From positions 2,961-66,960 of IMG/VR virus record IMGVR_UViG_3300037264_004281: a DNA stretch of 64,000 nucleotides; one strand, 5' to 3'. Source of the DNA: a virus. The notes under the pieces were generated by a model, which ran no database searches, was not told the DNA's origin, and saw only the letters and a program-made list of their open reading frames with translations. Positions within the stretch are counted from its first letter, which is position 1. Every line of letters starts with the position of its first letter. The position numbers and the translations under genes are program-made. Below, piece after piece: positions 50,073 to 57,120 of this stretch.

Positions 50073-50238
50073 TAAAGAAAATAAAAAAGAAAATAAAAAA
50101 GAAAATAATAAAGGGCGTTATGTCTGTCCGTATTGCGGAAAGACAGATAACTATCCATTGAATAATCACAATTGTTGGCAGAAAAATAGTAAGCCAATGG
50201 GTCCGAATGAAAATGGGTTATATCCGGATGAATATTAA
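50056..50238 (+). CDS. Small Zn-finger-like protein with KEN(K/N) repeats
   Basis: CPYCG...H.C motif; 12-nt A-rich repeats at ~50061-50112. Confidence 0.6.
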   Translation: MEKENNKENKKENKKENNKGRYVCPYCGKTDNYPLNNHNCWQKNSKPMGPNENGLYPDEY

Positions 50239-50241
50239 ATA

Positions 50242-50466
50242 ATGCAATATATTTTACAAAAAACTGAATTGATAGATTTTAAAAATAATTTATTAAAATC
50301 GGTTGGTGAATTTTTTACTTCTATGATAAAAATAGGAAGTAGAAAGAATTTTAATAATTTATATTCATCTCCGGACGAAATTGAAATTAGATTAAGTAAA
50401 AGAGAATTTGATGAAATAGTTGGTAAATTACACGACGATTTAAATAAAGTAATTCAAGAATTATAA
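50242..50466 (+). CDS. Hypothetical protein
   Basis: ORF contiguous with the cassette. Confidence 0.6.
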   Translation: MQYILQKTELIDFKNNLLKSVGEFFTSMIKIGSRKNFNNLYSSPDEIEIRLSKREFDEIVGKLHDDLNKVIQEL

Positions 50467-50467
50467 A

Positions 50468-50977
50468 TTAAGCTATTTGTGGTGCTGGTGCAGGTGTTGG
50501 TTTTACGTCAATTTTTTCTGTAGGAGGATAAACATCTGCTTGAACAAAATCTTCTTGAAGTTTCTTTAAATTATAATAACGTCCTGCAACATGTTTAATG
50601 TCTTCATAAAGAACTCCTAATTGCTGCATTTTAGCATAAGCTTCTTGTGCAACCTTTTGATATTCTTTAACTTTTTGTTTCATTGATCCCATGTCTTTTT
50701 TGACAATTTCTTGCTGAAACCAATCTCCACATTCGTTTATAGCATAGGATTCTGCTAAAGTAGCAAATTCTGACATTTGTTTAGCTGAATTCATAAGTGA
50801 CTCTTCACGCCCCAACGCTTCTCCAAATGATTCAAACATTGATGCCATTTCTAACAATTTCTTTTTTTCTTCTGTTGATAATTTTGGGGTTTCTGTTGAA
50901 AATCCTTTGGAGGGAATATTTCCGAGATTTTCAACAATTCTTCGTAAGGTAAATTCTTTAGTCTTTGGTGTGTTCAT
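50468..50977 (-). CDS. Hypothetical helical protein
   Basis: Minus-strand ORF with ATATTTAT 6 nt upstream; LRRIVE leader. Confidence 0.8.
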   Translation of the reverse strand: MNTPKTKEFTLRRIVENLGNIPSKGFSTETPKLSTEEKKKLLEMASMFESFGEALGREESLMNSAKQMSEFATLAESYAINECGDWFQQEIVKKDMGSMKQKVKEYQKVAQEAYAKMQQLGVLYEDIKHVAGRYYNLKKLQEDFVQADVYPPTEKIDVKPTPAPAPQIA

Positions 50978-51008
50978 ACGTTTATAAATATCTCAGGGAA
51001 ATGTATTC

Positions 51009-51338
51009 TTATATATTTTTCTCTATGTCCGGTTGAGAATATGTATCAAAGTAATTGATAATATTTTCAAAATCTTTAAATCTCTTTGTATCTTTCTTAT
51101 CTTTTTTTGTTTCTTCTAAATAAAAATATTGCACTTCTTTGCCGTCTTCTCCTTTTTCTTTCTTTTTATATATACTCATAATAGGAGGTTTATTTGTAGT
51201 CAATTTATAATCTCCATTAAAATCAAATCCCATCTGTTTTAAATGGTCTACGTCTGGCCAACGCCAGTCATCTATACAAACCAATCCACTTTCTTTTTCT
51301 TCTCCAATAGTATGTAGTATTTCTAATAATGATATCAT
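51009..51338 (-). CDS. Hypothetical protein
   Basis: MISLLEIL leader; ATGA overlap with the upstream gene. Confidence 0.75.
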   Translation of the reverse strand: MISLLEILHTIGEEKESGLVCIDDWRWPDVDHLKQMGFDFNGDYKLTTNKPPIMSIYKKKEKGEDGKEVQYFYLEETKKDKKDTKRFKDFENIINYFDTYSQPDIEKNI

Positions 51339-52159
51339 AAATCAAGAGTATGTAATAGATCAGATAAAATATTCGCACCATTTATTTCATCCGTAAATGT
51401 AATTGTTTTCGAAACTATGATTTTATTTTTACCTTCGCCATTGGATATTTCTTTAATTGGTGGAGGAGCGGGCGGAAGAGAAGGGGTTGGTTTATCTCCA
51501 CTTGAAGGTTTAGTTCCTGTTGTTGGTTTTTTTGCTCCTTTTGTAGATGGCGGTGATCTTTTTACAGATGGTTTTTCTTGTGGTTCTTCTTCGGGTTCTT
51601 CTTGGGGAGTGTGTTTGGTAAAAACAACAAAAACCAAAGCATTTGGTCCTTGAAAATATTTTTTAATTACCATAGTACTATTATTTCCAAAAGCATCAAC
51701 ATTTTCATATCTCACCATAAATGGATCTTGAGCTGTTGGTGTAGCTTTATCTTTAAAACGCTGTAATGTTTCTAATTCTTTAGATGTAAATTGTATTCCT
51801 CTATTTCTATTTACATATTCATTAAAATCGTCATCTACAGTAAATTGTTTAGATATTATATTTCTTCTTTTATAAGGCATATCTTCTTCAAGATGCATTG
51901 GTTCTTGTGGAGAAATAGAAGACATATACCCTTCTTTTTTTAATTTTCTTTTTAATAATCTCAATCCCAATAATAATTTCTTTTTTTGTTCTAATGAAAG
52001 TTTCCCTTCTTTCATTTTCATAAATTGTGTAAAAATATTTAATGGTTGTTTGGATATACTTTGAACGGATTGGTCTGCTTTTTCTTTAGGAAACCTTCCG
52101 GCAGCAACGGCACCAGCTATTTGTGACGATCTCTGTTGTTTTTGAGAAGTACTAGGCAT
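51335..52159 (-). CDS. Hypothetical protein with DUF3008-like N-terminus and Pro-rich linker
   Basis: MPSTSQKQQR...AGAVAAG resembles the MPAKSKAQQ-type motif (from recall, unverified). Confidence 0.7.
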   Translation of the reverse strand: MPSTSQKQQRSSQIAGAVAAGRFPKEKADQSVQSISKQPLNIFTQFMKMKEGKLSLEQKKKLLLGLRLLKRKLKKEGYMSSISPQEPMHLEEDMPYKRRNIISKQFTVDDDFNEYVNRNRGIQFTSKELETLQRFKDKATPTAQDPFMVRYENVDAFGNNSTMVIKKYFQGPNALVFVVFTKHTPQEEPEEEPQEKPSVKRSPPSTKGAKKPTTGTKPSSGDKPTPSLPPAPPPIKEISNGEGKNKIIVSKTITFTDEINGANILSDLLHTLDL

Positions 52160-52335
52160 ATATTAGGTAAATATCTATTCAATAAATATACTTGATTTTT
52201 TTTATATTTATGTATTTCGTATTAATACTTATTATATGAAATGCAACAACTTCTTTGTTGCCGACAGATAGTGACAAATAACCTTCATTGGACTTCTAAT
52301 AAGTTCAGAATCTTATAAGGATTAAATAAAAAACT

Positions 52336-53754
52336 ATGGACTCAAACCTTTTAAAAGAAGCTATCGCAGATGCGAAAGCAGTTAGAGCTACAGCATTGGC
52401 AAATGCTAAAGTAGCATTAGAGGAAGCTTTTGCTCCTCGTTTTGAAGCAATGTTCTCTGAAAAATTGAAAGAGGAAGCAGGAGTAAATACTCCGTCATCT
52501 ATTCCTCCAGCAATGGAAGAAGAACAAGAAGTATCTGAATCAGAAGTTGATGAATTAATCAAAGAACTTGAAGCAGAAGTTGGGGGAGAAGAAGATGAAT
52601 TGGGAGTAGGAACTCCAGACACAGGGGAAGAGACACCTACGGATGTACCGCCAGAAAGTGATTTGGATCCAACAGATGATTTGCCTCCAGTTGGTGGCGA
52701 TGTTTCGCCAACGGGCATGGGAGCGGAAGGTGGAGCACCACTTACAGCAGGGACATTAGTAAGATTAGTACCTGTAAATCAGGGAGAAGCAGGATTGATG
52801 GGCGGTCCTTCGGGAGCCCCAGTTCCTCCAACTCCTCCAGTTCCATCCGCCGGTGGTGTTCCGGGGGCAGAAGGAGAAGAACTTCCTCCATCTGAGGGAG
52901 CCCCGGAAGATGAAGAAGAAGTAGATTTAAATGAATTATTGGAGAGTCTCAAAGAAGAGGCTGAAAATGAAGAAGCAGTAAATGAATCCGTCCCAGTAGG
53001 AACTTCTGCTATTGGTGGAAGTAAAGCCGGTGGTACAGATAATAAAAAACCATCCTCAGATGCAAGTCAGTCATCTCATGTTGAGAATGCTGGTAAGGAT
53101 AGAGTTGCTGGTGGAGAAGGATATAAAGGTGGTCCAGCAGATCCAACACAAGCTTCTAGACCAAATCAGGGCAAAAATGTGACCAAGACAAATCTTTCAA
53201 CTCCAGGTGGAGCATTAAAAGAAGATATAGAAAATGGAGTACCGGATGGCACAGTAACTTCAAAAGAACCGACCGATGCGGATAGACCAAATCAAGCTCC
53301 TCATGCGACAAAGACAGATTTATCTACGCCAGCACTCAAATGTGAAAACGTTGCTCTTAAGAGACAACTTGCAGAAGCATATGAGACGGTAAAATACATC
53401 AAAGGACAACTTAATGAGATTAACTTGCTGAATGCCAAGTTGCTTTACACGAACAAGCTACTTAAGGAATTCAGTATGACCAATGAGCAGAAGATGCGAA
53501 TTGTGGAAATGTTTGATCTCTCGAAATCAGTTCGTGAAGTAAAACTAACCTACGCGACGATGGCAGAGTCCCTTAATTTCAGTGGAGATATGAGAAAGAA
53601 ACCTGTTGTTTCTTCCTCCGTTCAAAGCATCACTGAAGGAATTGCATCCAAGCCCGTGGCATCAACTAAGCCTTCAAAAGTAATCATTACTGAAGGCAAT
53701 AAGTTCGCTGCAAGAATGAAACAACTCGCAGGCATTCGCAGCGAAAAGAAATAA
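52336..53754 (+). CDS. Prohead scaffolding/core protein
   Basis: Immediately upstream of the capsid gene; acidic Pro/Gly-rich middle, C-terminal coiled coil (LNEINLLNAKLLY), RMKQLAGI end; duplicated PT.A.RPNQ...TKT.LSTP motif. Confidence 0.8.
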   Translation: MDSNLLKEAIADAKAVRATALANAKVALEEAFAPRFEAMFSEKLKEEAGVNTPSSIPPAMEEEQEVSESEVDELIKELEAEVGGEEDELGVGTPDTGEETPTDVPPESDLDPTDDLPPVGGDVSPTGMGAEGGAPLTAGTLVRLVPVNQGEAGLMGGPSGAPVPPTPPVPSAGGVPGAEGEELPPSEGAPEDEEEVDLNELLESLKEEAENEEAVNESVPVGTSAIGGSKAGGTDNKKPSSDASQSSHVENAGKDRVAGGEGYKGGPADPTQASRPNQGKNVTKTNLSTPGGALKEDIENGVPDGTVTSKEPTDADRPNQAPHATKTDLSTPALKCENVALKRQLAEAYETVKYIKGQLNEINLLNAKLLYTNKLLKEFSMTNEQKMRIVEMFDLSKSVREVKLTYATMAESLNFSGDMRKKPVVSSSVQSITEGIASKPVASTKPSKVIITEGNKFAARMKQLAGIRSEKK

Positions 53755-53790
53755 CTTGTGAGAGAAAAACCTTAAGATAAAGAAAAAATT

Positions 53791-55524
53791 ATGGATAACG
53801 TAAAAGAACTGTTGACCAATGCTCTTAATCCTCAGGCCCGCCTCATGCAAGAGACCCGTGGTTTGGTTTCTAAATGGGAAAAGACGGGATTACTTGAAGG
53901 ACTTAAGAATGACATTGAAAAATCTAATATGTCTGTTTTGCTTGAATCACAAGCAAAACAACTTATTGAAGAATCCTCTGTTACCGGGACTCAAGGTAAC
54001 GCCGAACAATGGGCAGGAGTGGCACTTCCACTCGTTCGCCGTGTGTTTGCAGAAATCGCGGCAAAAGAATTTGTCTCGGTTCAACCAATGAATCTCCCAT
54101 CAGGACTAGTTTTCTACTTGGATTTCAAGTATGGAACTAATAATGGTGTATTTACGGCAGATTCTGCAACCAATTATTCATCGCTATTTGGTGGTACTGG
54201 TGTTAAATCGGGATCTACAGATTCTCCAACCGGAGGTCTTTATGGCCCGGGTCGTTTCGGATATACTGTAAATGATCAAACCGTGTGGGTTACCGCAACA
54301 TCGGCATCAGCAACATTGTCTGATATCAATTTTGATACTGGAAATGCTAATGATCCGACAAAACAAAGTATCTCTTCTTCGTATGCCGCAGGACGTTTGT
54401 TCACATTGACTACTGTTGGACTTACAACCAATGCATTGGCAGGATCAGGAAGCGCACCAGATCATAATGGAGTTCGTTCATTTAAACTAGTTGCTACCGG
54501 ATCTAACGGTGGTGGACCAGGAACTCCAGGTAACTTAGTATACTTCCCAGGATTTACTAAAACAAATGGTACAGAAGTAACATTCGTTGTTAGTGCATCT
54601 AATGCAACAGATGCTAATTATGCAAAATCAGGATCAAGTGCAATTTATGTAAATCTTTCATTACAACCAAAAGATACTGCTCGCGGTGACTTTGAAGATA
54701 AACTTGGGGCTTCAACATCAACCGATACTGGCCTTAACAAAGATATTGGCATCCCAGAAGTCAATTTGGAACTTCGCTCCGAACCAATCGTAGCCAAGAC
54801 TCGTAAATTGAAAGCAGTTTGGACGCCAGAACTTGCTCAAGATCTTAACGCTTACCACTCGGTAGACGCTGAGGCTGAGTTAACTGCTCTATTGTCCGAA
54901 TATGTTTCTATGGAAATCGACCTTGAAATCTTGGATATGTTAATTGTTAACGCTCCAGATATTAACAAGGAACGATGGTCTGCCAAACTTAACCGTGAAA
55001 TTATCAAGACGGGAACCAATTCCTATACAATTGTCGATGCAACGGCTGCGGGAACTGGTGGATATTACACAAAGGCAACATGGTATCAAACCCTCGGAAA
55101 TAAGATTCAAAAGGTATCTAACAAGATTCACCAATTGACTCTCCGTGGTGGTGCTAACTTCCTGGTTGTCGGACCAGATGTTGCTACAATCCTTGAATCT
55201 ATTCCTGGATTCGTAGTAAATACAGATGGCGATAGCGCGAAATTCGCAATGGGTGTAAGTAGAGTTGGTAGCTTCGCAAGTCGCTTCCAAGTCTATAAGA
55301 ATCCATATATGCAAGAAAACTTGATCTTGCTCGGATTCCGTGGAAATAATTTCCTAGAAACAGGTGCGGTATATGCCCCATATATCCCACTTATCCAAAC
55401 TCCTCTAGTATACGATCCAGTTAACTTCACACCAAGACGTGGAGTTATGACTCGTTATGCTAAGAAAATAGTCAGGCCGGAATTTTACGGACTTATATAT
55501 GTATCTGACGTTGATCAGGTCTAA
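53791..55524 (+). CDS. Major capsid protein (T4 gp23-like)
   Basis: KW...LLEG, LPLVRR, VSVQPM..PSGLVFYLD, AKTRKLKA.WT.ELAQDLNAYH, YAPYIPL, FTPRRGVMTRYA. Confidence 0.97.
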   Translation: MDNVKELLTNALNPQARLMQETRGLVSKWEKTGLLEGLKNDIEKSNMSVLLESQAKQLIEESSVTGTQGNAEQWAGVALPLVRRVFAEIAAKEFVSVQPMNLPSGLVFYLDFKYGTNNGVFTADSATNYSSLFGGTGVKSGSTDSPTGGLYGPGRFGYTVNDQTVWVTATSASATLSDINFDTGNANDPTKQSISSSYAAGRLFTLTTVGLTTNALAGSGSAPDHNGVRSFKLVATGSNGGGPGTPGNLVYFPGFTKTNGTEVTFVVSASNATDANYAKSGSSAIYVNLSLQPKDTARGDFEDKLGASTSTDTGLNKDIGIPEVNLELRSEPIVAKTRKLKAVWTPELAQDLNAYHSVDAEAELTALLSEYVSMEIDLEILDMLIVNAPDINKERWSAKLNREIIKTGTNSYTIVDATAAGTGGYYTKATWYQTLGNKIQKVSNKIHQLTLRGGANFLVVGPDVATILESIPGFVVNTDGDSAKFAMGVSRVGSFASRFQVYKNPYMQENLILLGFRGNNFLETGAVYAPYIPLIQTPLVYDPVNFTPRRGVMTRYAKKIVRPEFYGLIYVSDVDQV

Positions 55525-55552
55525 TAATTAACCGTATAAATTGTTAATAATC

Positions 55553-55581
55553 AAGGACTTCCGTAAGGAAGTCCTTTTTTT
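55553..55581 (+). terminator. Intrinsic terminator after the capsid gene
   Basis: AAGGACTTCC-GTAA-GGAAGTCCTT plus T-run. Confidence 0.92.
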
Positions 55582-55601
55582 ATTCTAAAAATTATAATAA
55601 C

Positions 55602-55633
55602 TTGATTAAACCATAGAAGTAGTATATACTTAT
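55602..55633 (+). promoter_or_regulatory. Sigma70-like promoter overlapping an ATACTTAT motif
   Basis: TTGATT, 17 nt, TATACT; ATACTTAT at 55626-55633. Confidence 0.55.
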
Positions 55634-55639
55634 TGGTAT

Positions 55640-56410
55640 ATGAAAAGTGGAATATACAAAATAACGAATAAAGATACAAATAAATTTTACATTGGAAGTG
55701 CTATTGATATAGATTGGCGTTGGACTCTTCATAGAAGAGAACTGAGAGCTAATCGTCATTGTAATCCAAAATTACAACATTCATGGAATTATCATGGAGA
55801 AGATAAATTTTCTATTTCTATATTAGAAGAGATAGAAAATCCAAATCAGATTAAACTATTTGAACGAGAACAATATTATTTAGACACTTTCAAACCATAT
55901 GAATGAGAAATTGGATATAATATTGGTTCTAAAGCTATAGGAGGAGATAATATAACACATCACCCAAATAGAGAAGCTTTTATAGAAAAAATGAAAATTA
56001 TAACTATGGGAGAAAACAACGGTATGTATGGAAGAGAACATTCGTCAGATGCTATTAAAGAAATGAAAGTTAAGGCGGAAGGACGATATACATTAGATTG
56101 GTTCGTGAATAGGTATGGAAAACGAGAAGGGAAAAATAAATATTATAAACGAAAAAAGATGTTGTCAAATAGAAAAATAAACCACATTTATGATAATGGA
56201 CAAAGAGGAAAATCTAAAGGAATACCATCTATATTGACGCGAGAACGTATTTCACAAGTAAAAGAAAAAATGATAACGATAAAATCTGATCTTATAAAAG
56301 ATATTAAATCAGAAAAATATACAATAAAACAACTATGTGAAAAGTATGATATAGGACCAACAGCGGTAAAATATAATAAAGCAAAACTTAAGAAAGAAGA
56401 AGTTATATGA
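55640..56410 (+). pseudogene. GIY-YIG homing endonuclease interrupted by one in-frame TGA (55904-55906)
   Basis: SGIYKI.N...FYIGSA...R...H...EREQYY.D..KPYE*EIGYNI...GENNGMYG (NUMOD3-like); ORFs 55640 and 55991 are in the same frame. Confidence 0.85.
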
Positions 56411-57084
56411 ATTGGAAAGATTATTGTAAAGGGTTTGCTATTCAGCGTAATTATTCTGGGTGGGAAACCAAGTGTTTAACTACAGTGGCGGTATTAAATA
56501 AAATTCCATTTAGAGGAATTCGTAATCCTGATTATGTAGAAGATGGGTGGATTCCTAGTGGTACAGTTGCGTGGGTTTCATCTGTACTTGGAGAAAATAT
56601 AACTCCAAATTATTTTCCGAAATTTCTAAAAAAGGATTGGGTAAAGAGGAAAGTTTGGTATCAAGAGAAGTGGTCTTTACAAAAAGTTTTTATTAAACCC
56701 GCTGACAAATATAAACGGTTTGATGGATTTATTACATCTGGCGGATGGGATGGAAAAAAGAGAGGACCATACTGGTGTTCAGAAGTTGTTAAGTTTATAG
56801 ATGAGTGGAGATATTATATAGCGTATGGTAAAGTGATAGGAGGATATTGGTATTTAGGAATAGATGATGATCCTAAATCAACTCCGGAATTAAATATTAA
56901 ATATCCAGATAATTGGTGTGGTACAGCAGATTTTGGAAGATTGGAAGATGGAGATATAGAATTGATAGAATGTCATTCGCCTTTTGCGTGTGGGTGGTAT
57001 GGAAAAAATCATGAAGAGTATGCGGAGTTTTTGACATTAGGATGGAAGTGGTTAACGGAAAAGAGTTACAAAGAAACCTTTTAA
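56407..57084 (+). CDS. ATP-grasp domain protein (DUF4343/R2K-like)
   Basis: VFIKP....KRFDG, SEVV.F..EWRYYI..G, DFG......LIE.H. Confidence 0.7.
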   Translation: MNWKDYCKGFAIQRNYSGWETKCLTTVAVLNKIPFRGIRNPDYVEDGWIPSGTVAWVSSVLGENITPNYFPKFLKKDWVKRKVWYQEKWSLQKVFIKPADKYKRFDGFITSGGWDGKKRGPYWCSEVVKFIDEWRYYIAYGKVIGGYWYLGIDDDPKSTPELNIKYPDNWCGTADFGRLEDGDIELIECHSPFACGWYGKNHEEYAEFLTLGWKWLTEKSYKETF

Positions 57085-57120
57085 TCATCAAGTGTTTAAT
57101 ATTTATATTAGATACAATAT

